Source of the DNA: Candidatus Saccharimonadia bacterium
GTDB lineage: Bacteria; Patescibacteriota; Saccharimonadia; UBA4664
Assembly: GCA_038251135.1 (NCBI GenBank)
Contig: JBBSBR010000001.1
Coordinates: 512-64,511 of the forward strand
DNA length: 64,000 nucleotides
Reading direction: 5' to 3'
The position numbers were made by a program, and so were the translations under genes. Below are positions 19,248 to 29,160 of the stretch, piece by piece. A model generated the notes under the pieces. The model was not told the origin of the DNA and did no database searches. It saw only the letters and a program-made list of their open reading frames with translations. The first letter of the stretch is position 1; each line of letters begins with the position of its first letter.

Positions 19248-20705
19248 CTAACCTTTGATATCGAGATCCGTCTTGGCAATCGTGTCGAACTTGGGAAACA
19301 GCAGCCCGACGCTTGAATCGACCTTGCCGCCCGCAAAGGTAGCCGTAATCTTCTGCGATGTTGCCGGCAGAAACGGTAGGAGCAAAGTCGCGATCTGATC
19401 CAAGTCCGACACGGCGTGGTGCAGGACCAGCAGCAACTGCTCATTATCGACACCCGCAAGCTTCCACGGTTTCTCTTCTTCAAGATAAAGGTTTAAGCCC
19501 TTCACCAGACTCCAGATTTCCTCGAGGGCGCGGTCAAAACGGAAAGCCTCAAGCGCCGCGTAATACGACTTGGCGTCGTGCGAGTGAGGCTCAAGTTCGC
19601 CGCTGATGCCGCCGAAATACTTGATGACCATGGCGGCTACGCGCTGCACCAGGTTGCCGAGTTCGTTGGCGAGATCGGTATTGTAGAGCGTCTCCATACG
19701 GTTCCACGAAAAGTCACCGTCGCCGTCGGCCGGTATCTCGCGCAGCAGGTAGTAACGCAGAGCGTCGACATTGTACTTATCTACGACATCGCGGGGACTG
19801 ACGACGTTGCCGAGCGATTTACTCATCTTGTGACCTTCGCTGGTAATAAAACCGTGGACGTAGAGCGTTGAAGGCAGCGGAAGCTCAGCCGACATCAGCA
19901 TGGCGGGCCAAATGGCAGCGTGGTGGCGCAGGATGTCCTTGCCTATAATCTGTACGTCGGCTGGCCAGAACTTGGCAAGCTTATCGCTCTTGGGGTAACC
20001 GAGAGCCGTAATGTAGTTGGCCAGAGCGTCAAACCACACGTACATCACCTGCTGAGGATCGCCGGGAACCTCGATTCCCCATTTGAGCTGCTTGATGTCG
20101 CGGGAGATACTCACGTCCTCGAGCCCGCGCTCCAGCAACGCCAATATCTCATTCTTACGCGACAGCGGCCGAACCTGGAATTTATCCGATGCGATCAGGG
20201 TCTTGATGGCGCCCGTGTAGGCGGAGAGCTTAAAAAAGTAATTCTCTTCCTCGATCTCTTCGAGCTTGGTTTTGTGGATCGGGCAAATATGATCCGGTAC
20301 GTCGATGTCGGTATAGAATGTCTCGCAGCCCACGCAGTACCAACCCTTATAGGCGGCCTTGTAGATGTCTTTAGCACAGGCTTTCCAGAGGACCTGGGCG
20401 GCCTTCTTGTGCCCGGCATCGCTGGTGCGGATAAACTGATCGTTCGTAACGTTGAGCATTACGGCCAGATCACGAAACTGCTCGCTCATGTTGTCGACGT
20501 AGAGCTGAGGAGTCAGTTTGGCCTCATCGGCAGCCCGCGAAATCTTGATGCCGTGCTCGTCCGTTCCGGTAAGGTACCAGACTTCATCTCCCCGCTGGCG
20601 GTGGATACGGGCCAAGACATCGCCCTGAACCAGCTCCATGGCATAGCCGATATGCGGCGGTGCATTGGTATAAGCGATGGAGGTTGTTACGAAAAATTTG
20701 GACAT
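19248..20705 (-). CDS. metG: Methionine--tRNA ligase (short, no C-terminal tRNA-binding domain)
   Basis: PHIGY, GTDEHG, YVWFDAL, GKDIL, KMSKS. Confidence 0.97.
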   Translation of the reverse strand: MSKFFVTTSIAYTNAPPHIGYAMELVQGDVLARIHRQRGDEVWYLTGTDEHGIKISRAADEAKLTPQLYVDNMSEQFRDLAVMLNVTNDQFIRTSDAGHKKAAQVLWKACAKDIYKAAYKGWYCVGCETFYTDIDVPDHICPIHKTKLEEIEEENYFFKLSAYTGAIKTLIASDKFQVRPLSRKNEILALLERGLEDVSISRDIKQLKWGIEVPGDPQQVMYVWFDALANYITALGYPKSDKLAKFWPADVQIIGKDILRHHAAIWPAMLMSAELPLPSTLYVHGFITSEGHKMSKSLGNVVSPRDVVDKYNVDALRYYLLREIPADGDGDFSWNRMETLYNTDLANELGNLVQRVAAMVIKYFGGISGELEPHSHDAKSYYAALEAFRFDRALEEIWSLVKGLNLYLEEEKPWKLAGVDNEQLLLVLHHAVSDLDQIATLLLPFLPATSQKITATFAGGKVDSSVGLLFPKFDTIAKTDLDIKG

Positions 20706-20761
20706 GTCGGGCGCCTCTTAACTTGGGCAATCGTACCATGCGCAGCTCTCCCTCACCAAGT

Positions 20762-21580
20762 CTAGGCCGGAAGCTGGCCTTTCGATTTCTTATGACGGCG
20801 GCCGAAGGTCTTGGCGAGAAAGTGAACAGCCGCCAGCAAAATCGCCAACCCCAGAGAAACGGCCGCCGACACCCACAGCGCATGGGCTTGATCTTGGGCG
20901 ACTCGTTCGGTGAGCGGTTTTACGGCCGGGGTCAGGAGCTTCCAGACGGAAGTATCGAGTGCCGAGGCTATGAGTTGCGGAGGTGAGTAGGCGAGCACGC
21001 CCAGGATGCCCAATAGCACCGCCGCCAGAGCAAATGATCCGGCCAGCACCGACCAGCGACGGTGGGGGCTGACAATGAATATCAGAGCCGCCAGTACCAA
21101 GCTCACCAGCGGTCCGAGCCAAAGAGCCTGCGCACCCCGCGCAGACGCGGCCTTGAGTATCTCGTCAAACTTGCCGGCGCTCAGGGTGGTCGGTGTCTCT
21201 ATGAAGCTTTTGAGTTTTGGCGGAACGGGCAAGCCGGCGTTGGTTATACCAGCTTCGAGGTCCCGCAAGTCAAGTTGCGGCTGTTGACCCGTACCGCGGA
21301 AATAATCGAGCATCTGGGGAGTCAGCGTGTCCAGCTGGCCCTGAAGATAGGCCGGCGTTAGGGCCTCCTTCATGGCAAGTCGGGTTTCCTCGGACTCACC
21401 GGTAACTTGTACTGCCACGTCCGGCAGCACGTTCGCCAGCGTGTCGGCCAAGTTCGCATCGTGCATTTGGGTCGTGAGGTACGTCGCACTCCAAACAGTC
21501 TGATTCAATACCCAAGCCTGAACGGCGACAGCCAGACTAATCGCCAGCAGAAGGCCAAGAAACTTCCCAATCCATTTCAT
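20762..21580 (-). CDS. Hypothetical membrane protein
   Basis: One N-terminal and three C-terminal hydrophobic helices; abuts rsmA. Confidence 0.75.
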   Translation of the reverse strand: MKWIGKFLGLLLAISLAVAVQAWVLNQTVWSATYLTTQMHDANLADTLANVLPDVAVQVTGESEETRLAMKEALTPAYLQGQLDTLTPQMLDYFRGTGQQPQLDLRDLEAGITNAGLPVPPKLKSFIETPTTLSAGKFDEILKAASARGAQALWLGPLVSLVLAALIFIVSPHRRWSVLAGSFALAAVLLGILGVLAYSPPQLIASALDTSVWKLLTPAVKPLTERVAQDQAHALWVSAAVSLGLAILLAAVHFLAKTFGRRHKKSKGQLPA

Positions 21581-22408
21581 CTAGATAATGTCCTCAGCGA
21601 TGGCCAGGTCGTAGAGTCGGTGCCAGTCGTCCAGACTTAACTCCTGAGCACGGGACGTCGACTCAAGTCTGGCGCGAATAATTAAATCGACCGCGAGATC
21701 ACCGGATAAATTTAACCCGCCCGCCAGAGCATTCTTGAGCTGCTTACGCTTCTCGCCGAAGCCGGCCTTAATCAAGCGAAAAAGACGTTGCGGGTCGGCC
21801 GGAAAGGCCGGCCCGGTCACTTCCACGCGGACCACGGCCGAATCGACCTTGGGCGCGGGCCAAAACTTATGACGCTCGACGATCGCAACTATCTCGGGCC
21901 GACCATAGTACTGCACCGATAGCCCTAGGACCGATAACTTGCCCGGTTGAGCCGTCAGACGCTCGGCAACCTCTTTTTGGATCAGCACGCTCATCACCGA
22001 GGGTGGATTTGGGCTCTCGATAAACAATCTGAAGATTTTCGAAGTCAGGTAATACGGAATATTGGCGATGACTTTGTAACCGCGGGGCAGTGACTTTGTA
22101 TCAAATTTTAAAATATCCTGCTCGACAACCTCCAAGTTCGCCGGAGCATCCCGCTCCAGCAAGCTCACCAGAATCGCATCGGTCTCGACCGCCACGACCT
22201 TGCCGGCCCGTTCGGTGAGCGGCCGTGTCATCACGCCCAATCCCGGGCCGATCTCGAGCACGGTATCTTGAGGCAGCGGACCGGCGGCATCGATAATTGC
22301 CAGGAGGCTCTCGCCGTCTACCAGAAAATGCTGGCCCAATTGTTTGTTTGGACGAATGCCGGCCAGTTTTAAGGCTGTCCGGACATCTTCTACGCGTGAA
22401 AGATCCAT
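21581..22408 (-). CDS. rsmA: 16S rRNA dimethyladenosine transferase
   Basis: LGQHFL, EIGPGLG, ANIPYYLT, QKEVAER, PAPKVDS. Confidence 0.97.
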   Translation of the reverse strand: MDLSRVEDVRTALKLAGIRPNKQLGQHFLVDGESLLAIIDAAGPLPQDTVLEIGPGLGVMTRPLTERAGKVVAVETDAILVSLLERDAPANLEVVEQDILKFDTKSLPRGYKVIANIPYYLTSKIFRLFIESPNPPSVMSVLIQKEVAERLTAQPGKLSVLGLSVQYYGRPEIVAIVERHKFWPAPKVDSAVVRVEVTGPAFPADPQRLFRLIKAGFGEKRKQLKNALAGGLNLSGDLAVDLIIRARLESTSRAQELSLDDWHRLYDLAIAEDII

Positions 22409-22499
22409 GGTGTAAGTGTATCACGGGGTAGGCGCCTCCAGGGGATGCTACTGGCGTGAGGGATTAGTTTGTATCCCCTGGGGACACAACCTACCTACC

Positions 22500-23738
22500 T
22501 TATTTACAGGCCCAGGGAGCGGTGCCGTACAGGGCCATCTTCTTGGCGGTTATCTGAATTTGGGTCGACCCGTCGAAGATATTGGCATCGGTGCCCCCGG
22601 CTGCGCGCCAGGTTGATGGCAGGTATTGGAAGAGGCCCGTTGCGTGCTCACCGTTAACCGTCGCCGTATTCACAGAAGTTGCGTGTCCATGCGATTCACA
22701 ATTCATAATGCGCAACATCATATTGGGATCTATGCCCCACTGCGCAGCCGCCGCTACCACCTCGGGGCGCCAGTACTCGACCGAACCCATGAAGAACTCC
22801 TTGGTGCCAACGACCTGCACCTTAGGGATCGGGGCGGTCTGGCTCACCAGCTTCACGATCTGGCGGCTCGTTTCGACGCCGTCACGATAATGGATACGGT
22901 ACGTAACGGTCTTTGAGCCGTCGGCCCCCGCTGAGACGACGTTGATGACACCCTTGGCCAGATTCGGATCGGTCGTGCTGGTCGTAGGACGGGGCAGGAC
23001 ACTGGTTTCGGTCGTAATCACCTCGGATACGCGGACGATTGCAACGGCCATGCTCGGCACAATCGCACTATCCAGGGGAGCCGAAACGGTATCCTTGGGC
23101 CCAACGATGATGCCGGCACGCAGAAGCGCATCGTCGAGGCGCTTAGCCTGAGTGCGGATCGACCGAACCTGACCGTCGACTTTAACCGTCAGCGGAGTCG
23201 CCCGACGGATTGTGATCTGCTCGCCGATAGTGCCGTAGCCCACAAAATCCGTGACTACGGAGCTGGTGTATTCGTCTTCGTGGTAGACTTTATATCCGGC
23301 CTGCCCGGCGATCGCTTCGGGGCTCTGCGATGTGCTCCTAACTATTCGCGATTGCGTACCGTCCACGACCAGAACCGGACGGGCGCGATAAACGTTGATA
23401 TTGAACATATTTCCGGCGATGACCGTAGCGGCGTTCGGATCGGTCGTGTCGCCGTCACGCAGGACGATACCGGCACGCTTTAAGAACTCGCCGACAGTGT
23501 GATCATCGGTGGAGATTACATGTTTAGATCCGTCGACATACAACGAGACTAACCGGGCGGAGTCGGCGGAAGCCGAAGGCGCTGGCGGAAACTGTCCCGA
23601 TGTGAGGACGAAACTAAGGATTGCGATGAGAAAAACGATACTGTAGGTGTTGCGCGGGCGGCGTTGCGCCCAACGAAGGAGATTAGATATCGTTTCTGTA
23701 AATGAGCTTAAAATGGGAGTCTCTCTCGTTATCAACAA
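22500..23738 (-). CDS. RpfB/YabE-like protein: DUF348 x3 + G5 + lytic transglycosylase-like domain
   Basis: TVGEFLKRAGI repeats, G5 (DPNLAKG..GADG..VGTK), C-terminal IMNCESHG..ATGLFQYLPSTW; upstream of rsmA as for yabE/rpfB. Confidence 0.88.
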   Translation of the reverse strand: MLITRETPILSSFTETISNLLRWAQRRPRNTYSIVFLIAILSFVLTSGQFPPAPSASADSARLVSLYVDGSKHVISTDDHTVGEFLKRAGIVLRDGDTTDPNAATVIAGNMFNINVYRARPVLVVDGTQSRIVRSTSQSPEAIAGQAGYKVYHEDEYTSSVVTDFVGYGTIGEQITIRRATPLTVKVDGQVRSIRTQAKRLDDALLRAGIIVGPKDTVSAPLDSAIVPSMAVAIVRVSEVITTETSVLPRPTTSTTDPNLAKGVINVVSAGADGSKTVTYRIHYRDGVETSRQIVKLVSQTAPIPKVQVVGTKEFFMGSVEYWRPEVVAAAAQWGIDPNMMLRIMNCESHGHATSVNTATVNGEHATGLFQYLPSTWRAAGGTDANIFDGSTQIQITAKKMALYGTAPWACK

Positions 23739-23813
23739 GGAGGGCTTTGGTTTTTAAGCTTTTGGTTTTATCTCGCTTATGGTATCGCGTTATCTGGAAA
23801 GAGTCAATGTTGA

Positions 23814-24746
23814 CTACTTATTGTGTTCAGTGTCCGCCGAAGAATCTTTGGGTATCACGACATCGCCCGGAGCGGCACCGCGGTCTTCGCTCGAGACGGG
23901 CTCAATCGGCTCGACGGCCGCCGCCGACTCGGTGTTGGTGGCTGCCGAATCCTCGGTATTGGCAACGGTTATTGGCGGTTCGGGGAGCTCTGCCACGCCG
24001 CCGGTTGCAACCGACTGGTCGCTACTAGCAGCCGTTTCGGCTGAACTGCCGGGGATTACGACGGCCGGCTGAACGACAGGTGCGATCTCGACCGGTGCGG
24101 GTTGGGGTCCAGGGCCAGAGCCAAAACCCTGGGGCAGTTTTGGCGCACTAGCGCCAAACCGCCGGTCGAAAACCACTGCCAGTGCCGCTAGGACCAGAAA
24201 CAAACCCGCCAGCAAACCGGCGCTAATCCGCTGGAGATTCGTATCACTGGTGGTTAGGAGGCCGGTAATCGAGACCAACAGCGTAAACCCAGCCCCGGAT
24301 CCAAGTCCATAAACCAACGCCGGTAGCCCGATAAACCCGATGATACTCACGATTCCCAGCAGTGCAAAACCGATGCCAAGCATCGACCGGTAGGTGGTGA
24401 CCCGATCGTTGTACTCCTGATCGGCCTTCAGCTGGTCGGCGTTGGCCTTAATCGCCCGCTCATAGGCGGCGTTCTTCTGGCTGTACGAAGCCAAATCCCG
24501 GGCGTACTGCGCTTTGAGTGAAGCGCACAGTGCCGGGTTTGCAGTTTCATACTTACGGGTTGAGGCGTTATAAGAAATGGAACAGTCCGGACCGTAGGTT
24601 GGATCGCTCGGAGAACTCGGTGATACCGGATAAGGGGTTGGTGTGGAGGTTCGCGTCGGGATAAAAGTTACACCGGCGTAGAGCACAAAGACCGGAAAGA
24701 CGATCGCGATGGCGAGACCCAGAAAAACTTGCGCCGTACGATTCAT
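23814..24746 (-). CDS. Membrane protein with low-complexity acidic tail
   Basis: TM, P-rich loop with two Cys, three TMs; resembles 52791..53288. Confidence 0.7.
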   Translation of the reverse strand: MNRTAQVFLGLAIAIVFPVFVLYAGVTFIPTRTSTPTPYPVSPSSPSDPTYGPDCSISYNASTRKYETANPALCASLKAQYARDLASYSQKNAAYERAIKANADQLKADQEYNDRVTTYRSMLGIGFALLGIVSIIGFIGLPALVYGLGSGAGFTLLVSITGLLTTSDTNLQRISAGLLAGLFLVLAALAVVFDRRFGASAPKLPQGFGSGPGPQPAPVEIAPVVQPAVVIPGSSAETAASSDQSVATGGVAELPEPPITVANTEDSAATNTESAAAVEPIEPVSSEDRGAAPGDVVIPKDSSADTEHNK

Positions 24747-25262
24747 TTATTTGTGCTCCTTGCTGCTAAAGTAGATGGCCAAACCAATAAGCGCGATGAG
24801 CACGACAAATACCACCAGCAGCGTCGCACCCGAACCAAAATTGGTGAAGATATAGGGTGCGGCAAGCAGAATTGAGGTGATACCGACGGCCATCATCAGA
24901 ATGCTGACCAGTCGGTAGCGCAGCAGCAAGAGGCCGGCAGCCAGCACGGCGAATCCGCCGACGAGGCGTACCGCAAAGATACTGCCCTCGCCCTCCATGC
25001 CCATCAGCCAAGTCGGCAGAATGTAGAGGGCTGATGCCCCGGCGTAAAAGGCGGACGCCAGCAGGACGCCGAGTGTGAGTTGGCGCGGGGTCAGCTCCGT
25101 GACCGATGTGTGCATACCGGTTCCCGATCCTGCCGCGGCTTTCTGCCCGCGATGCGTCACCGCACGCACGATGAGTACGATAATCACGACCGGCAGGGCC
25201 AGACTGAACAGCAAGCCGAAGACGATGTAGAGAATAATGAAGCCGATACTCGATGTGTCCAT
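24747..25262 (-). CDS. Hypothetical multi-TM membrane protein
   Basis: About five hydrophobic helices; abuts the next gene. Confidence 0.75.
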   Translation of the reverse strand: MDTSSIGFIILYIVFGLLFSLALPVVIIVLIVRAVTHRGQKAAAGSGTGMHTSVTELTPRQLTLGVLLASAFYAGASALYILPTWLMGMEGEGSIFAVRLVGGFAVLAAGLLLLRYRLVSILMMAVGITSILLAAPYIFTNFGSGATLLVVFVVLIALIGLAIYFSSKEHK

Positions 25263-25268
25263 AGCAGT

Positions 25269-25297
25269 ATCGTAGTGATCACGCTTATGCTTGTCAA
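25269..25297 (-). promoter_or_regulatory. sigma70 promoter producing a probably leaderless mRNA
   Basis: TTGACA-agcataagcgtgatcac(17)-TACGAT, 6 nt before ATG 25262. Confidence 0.7.
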
Positions 25298-25364
25298 ACT
25301 AATCGCCGTGACGAAGCCAATTTAAGCCATAGATTTCGAAGTCCCGCGGACAGGCCTAGTGGTA

Positions 25365-27650
25365 TTAATCGGCTTTTTTGATCGGTGCGAAAGACAATGA
25401 CAGGCGCTTAGTGCCGATGCCGGAGAAGGTCGCCGTAACCTCGTCGCCGTCAATGGCCGCCACAATTCCCTCGCCAAACTTAGCGTGGGTAATGCGGTCG
25501 CCCGGGGCTAAGTCGAGGCCGAGCAACTCCTCACGGTGCTTGGCGGTATCCTGCACGATGGACGCCGAGTACATCGGTTGAGCGCTCCACGAACCGGCCC
25601 CGGTCGCGTGGCCGGCCGCACCGCCGCCAAAGATTGAGTCGCCGTTGATATTGCCCGAGCGGACGTTCACGCCCCACTCGCTGCCGGCGCCCTGTAATTC
25701 AGGCGGGATTTCGAGGATGAAACGTGAGGGCGGATTGTGATTGGTGCTGCCGTAGAGCAGCCGGGTATTGGCATACAGCAGATACAGCCGCTCTTTGGCG
25801 CGGGTCATACCCACGTAGCAGAGCCGGCGCTCCTCCTCCATCTGCTCGCCGTCGAAGAGCGAACGGGAGTGCGGGAATATCCCCTCCTCCATGCCGGCCA
25901 TGAATACCACCGGAAATTCCAAGCCCTTGGCGGCATGCAGCGTCATCAGGGTAACGGCATCGGTGTCCTGGGAGTAGTTATCGATATCCGAGATTAGCGC
26001 CACCTCCTCCAGAAAGCCTTGGAGAGTCAGCTCGTTGTAGGTTGCGGCGACACTTAAGAGTTCTTTGACGTTTTCAATACGGTCGGCGGCCGTGACGGTG
26101 CCGTCGTCGAGATAGTTGATGTAGCCGGATCGCTTCAATATGAGATCAAGCAAGGGCCCGACGGGCAGCTTCTCGGCCTCACGCCTGAGTCCGTCGATGA
26201 GGATGGCAAAATTCTGCAAGGCGTGGACCGCGCGCACCTGAAGGCCGGGAACCCGGTCGGCATCGCGGAGCGCCTCGAGCAAACTCTGATTATTGAGCCG
26301 CCGATGCGACTCCAGGCGGGACAAGCTCACGTCACCCAGACCTCGCGGGGGGAGGTTGATGATCCGCCCGAAACTCACCAGATCGTCCGGCTGATAGACG
26401 AATCTCAGATAGGCCATAGCGTCCTTGATCTCGCGCCGTTCATAGAAGCGGGTTCCGCCGACGATCTTGTAGGGAATCGCCGCGCGCAGAAACGACTCCT
26501 CAAGCGTCCGGGACTGGGCATTGGTGCGGTAGAGGACGGCAAAATCCGCGAGCGAGCGATTAGTGCCCCCGGGGGATGCAACTAATCCCAAAACGCTGGC
26601 AGCATCCCCTGGGGACCCTGCCAGCTCTTGGATCGTCCGGGTAATCGTCTCCCCCTCCTGGATCTCGTTATAGACGTTGATTACCCCGACGCCCTCACCG
26701 GCTCCGGCCTCGGTCCAGAGTTGCTTGTCCGATCTCACGCGGTTCTTACTGATTATGGCGTGGGCGCTGTCGAGAATGTTCTTGGTCGAACGGTAATTCT
26801 GCTCGAGCTTCACGACGGTCGCCGCGGGATAGTCCTTCTCAAAGTCGAGGATATTCTGGAAATTGGCTCCGCGCCAGCTGTAGATACTCTGCCAGTCGTC
26901 GCCGACCACGCAGAGATTATTGTGGCCGGCGGCCAGCAATTTCGTCACCTGGTACTGTGCATGGTTAGTGTCCTGATACTCGTCGACCATGATGTATTGG
27001 AATCGCTGCTGATATTTGGCGAGGATCTCGGGGTGCTGCTTAAACATCTGCACCGTATAGAAGATTATATCGTCGAAATCAACCGCCCCGGCCTCCTTGA
27101 GGATGCCCTGATAGACCGGATAGACGGTCGCCGCGGCCTGCTGGGCGCGGCCCGAGGCGAGTTTAGAATAATTCTGCGGTCCGATAAGTTCGTTCTTGGC
27201 GCTCGATATGAGCCCGGCAATGGAATTGGGCGTGAACTGCTTATCGTCGATGCCGGTGTTGCGGATGGCCCGCTTAATGGCCGACATTGAGTCGGCAGCG
27301 TCAAAAATCAGGAAGTTGCTCGGCAGCCCAATCTCGGAAGACTCGTTTCTGAGCAAGCGCAAACAGGTTGCGTGAAAGGTGCCGATGTACGGAAAGTAGC
27401 TGCGGTTCTCGGGGCTGAGGCCGAGCAGTTTCAGGACCCGGCCGCGCATCTCGCCGGCGGCCTTGTTGGTGAACGTCACGGCCAGGATGCTTGCCGGCTC
27501 AACCTGGCGCTCAGCGACCAAATACGCGATCCGGTGAGTGAGCGCCTTGGTCTTGCCCGAACCGGCGCCAGCCAAAATTAGAACCGGGCCCTCAGTCGTG
27601 GTGGCGGCGGTTCGTTGTGGCTCATTGAGGTCGGCTAGGAGTGGGTGCAC
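25365..27650 (-). CDS. pcrA: UvrD/PcrA ATP-dependent DNA helicase
   Basis: LAGAGSGKT, TFTNKAA, VDEYQDTN, GDDWQSIYSWRGA, LEQNYRST, EEERRLCYVGMTRA; GTG start inferred at 27650. Confidence 0.96.
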   Translation of the reverse strand: MHPLLADLNEPQRTAATTTEGPVLILAGAGSGKTKALTHRIAYLVAERQVEPASILAVTFTNKAAGEMRGRVLKLLGLSPENRSYFPYIGTFHATCLRLLRNESSEIGLPSNFLIFDAADSMSAIKRAIRNTGIDDKQFTPNSIAGLISSAKNELIGPQNYSKLASGRAQQAAATVYPVYQGILKEAGAVDFDDIIFYTVQMFKQHPEILAKYQQRFQYIMVDEYQDTNHAQYQVTKLLAAGHNNLCVVGDDWQSIYSWRGANFQNILDFEKDYPAATVVKLEQNYRSTKNILDSAHAIISKNRVRSDKQLWTEAGAGEGVGVINVYNEIQEGETITRTIQELAGSPGDAASVLGLVASPGGTNRSLADFAVLYRTNAQSRTLEESFLRAAIPYKIVGGTRFYERREIKDAMAYLRFVYQPDDLVSFGRIINLPPRGLGDVSLSRLESHRRLNNQSLLEALRDADRVPGLQVRAVHALQNFAILIDGLRREAEKLPVGPLLDLILKRSGYINYLDDGTVTAADRIENVKELLSVAATYNELTLQGFLEEVALISDIDNYSQDTDAVTLMTLHAAKGLEFPVVFMAGMEEGIFPHSRSLFDGEQMEEERRLCYVGMTRAKERLYLLYANTRLLYGSTNHNPPSRFILEIPPELQGAGSEWGVNVRSGNINGDSIFGGGAAGHATGAGSWSAQPMYSASIVQDTAKHREELLGLDLAPGDRITHAKFGEGIVAAIDGDEVTATFSGIGTKRLSLSFAPIKKAD

Positions 27651-27869
27651 TAGGTATAATTTTAACTCATGCCGAGTCTGCTCGCCAGATCTGTACATCC
27701 CACAAAAGGGTTGCCAAATAGCGCGCAAATAAGCTACGGTGAAAAAGTTAGGTGGTACCTAGCGCGCGTAATTGGCTAAGAAAGTCTGCTCGCCCGTGAC
27801 GATCCGATCGTCGGCATGCTTTTCGAGCCAAAACGCACAACCATTCGACACCCGTCCCGGAGGTGCAAC

Positions 27870-28202
27870 ATGGCAAAACTCTCCATCCTCGACCGAATCA
27901 AGCCCGTTCGGTTGCGCGATCTGTCGGAGCTCAGTCAGATCTCCAGCATGCACGCTTCGGTGATCATCCTGCGGCGCTGCGACCGGGCGCCCGACGGCTC
28001 AGCCGTACCGCGCCGACCCTTGGTTTACCGCCTCGGACAACGGCCCATTCTACTCATGAGAGCACAGCGCGTCCGCACGGGGCTTGTCAAGTTCGAAATC
28101 ATCGACTTTGACACCCATCAACCGCTGCCGGCCAAGATCGTAGAATGCCGGCCCGATGCTCTGCCGACATGGTTTACGATCAGCCCGCTGCCGGCCTCCT
28201 AA
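27870..28202 (+). CDS. Hypothetical protein
   Basis: GGAGGT SD before ATG 27870; terminator immediately downstream. Confidence 0.55.
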   Translation: MAKLSILDRIKPVRLRDLSELSQISSMHASVIILRRCDRAPDGSAVPRRPLVYRLGQRPILLMRAQRVRTGLVKFEIIDFDTHQPLPAKIVECRPDALPTWFTISPLPAS

Positions 28203-28210
28203 CCAACAGC

Positions 28211-28245
28211 GCCCGGAACTCTCTGTCTGCCAGAGAGTTCCGGGC
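28211..28245. terminator. Hairpin terminator between convergent genes
   Basis: GCCCGGAACTCTCTG-tctgc-CAGAGAGTTCCGGGC. Confidence 0.8.
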
Positions 28246-28261
28246 TTATACTTTGCCGATT

Positions 28262-29128
28262 TTATTTAACGTCGAGGCAGTAAGGTTGGTTGCCGGCTTC
28301 GAGCTGCAAGGTCAGTGAAACGTAACGGGTCCCGGTCGCTCCCGGCGTAATACCTGGACCGCCGCACTGACCGCCGGCGTGGTAGTAGATCTGTCCGAGA
28401 CCGCTGACCGCTGCGGTTTGAACCACGTAAGCGGCATTGGTGGTTGGATCTTTGGCCGCAACGGCTACCGCCGGGGGTTGTACCGGATAGAAACCATTGA
28501 CGGCTTGCGCCCGGTAGGCCGTTACGTAACTGGCCAAATCGGTCTGGCGCTGATTGTCCCTAGCGGTGGCGTCCGCCGCCGTACCGGGTGCAACGCTAGC
28601 CGCCGGGCTTGGACTGACCACCGGTGATGAGCTGGGGCTGGGCGAGTCGCTCACTTCAGGGGTGGGGGCCGGAACAGGCGTGTTTACGACCGGGTGAGAC
28701 AACGGACTGCCCGAGGTCATGAATAACCAATAACCCACGCCGCCCAGAATTATTGCCAGTGCCACTACCAGAAGTGTCCAGCGTCCGGCTCTGGGATGCG
28801 GATGCGTCTCGGGGGTGACGGGCGCGAGGGTCTTCGGTGCCGTAACGGCAGGAGCGGGTTGGACGTCACCTACCGGCGCGTCGGGGGCTGATTTAGTAGT
28901 AACCCCGGTTTCAGGCGTAGTTGTCGGCTCGGTTGCGGTTGCCGACGCGGAAACTGCCGGCGGCTCCTCGGTCTCGGTTTGAGGTTTTTCAGTCTGGGCG
29001 GCTTTGGTCTCGGCCGGAGGCGTTAGCGCGACCTCCGACGGTTTAACATTTTCGGTGTGACCGCAGTTTGCACACAGCCACCCGACTTTGGACTGAACCA
29101 TCTCCTGCTGACATTCACTGCACCTCAT
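28262..29128 (-). CDS. Zn-ribbon + P/T-rich linker + TM + pilin-like extracytoplasmic domain
   Basis: CSEC..CANC; TM; ARDNQRQTDL..Y..NGFYP; C-terminal Cys pair. Confidence 0.65.
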   Translation of the reverse strand: MRCSECQQEMVQSKVGWLCANCGHTENVKPSEVALTPPAETKAAQTEKPQTETEEPPAVSASATATEPTTTPETGVTTKSAPDAPVGDVQPAPAVTAPKTLAPVTPETHPHPRAGRWTLLVVALAIILGGVGYWLFMTSGSPLSHPVVNTPVPAPTPEVSDSPSPSSSPVVSPSPAASVAPGTAADATARDNQRQTDLASYVTAYRAQAVNGFYPVQPPAVAVAAKDPTTNAAYVVQTAAVSGLGQIYYHAGGQCGGPGITPGATGTRYVSLTLQLEAGNQPYCLDVK

Positions 29129-29160
29129 ATTGGTCTTAGTGTATCAGCTTTATGCTTATG

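Noticed and set aside
11801-20705. Short alaS and metG as pseudogenes
   Set aside because: Catalytic motifs are intact and C-terminally shortened forms are established in reduced genomes.
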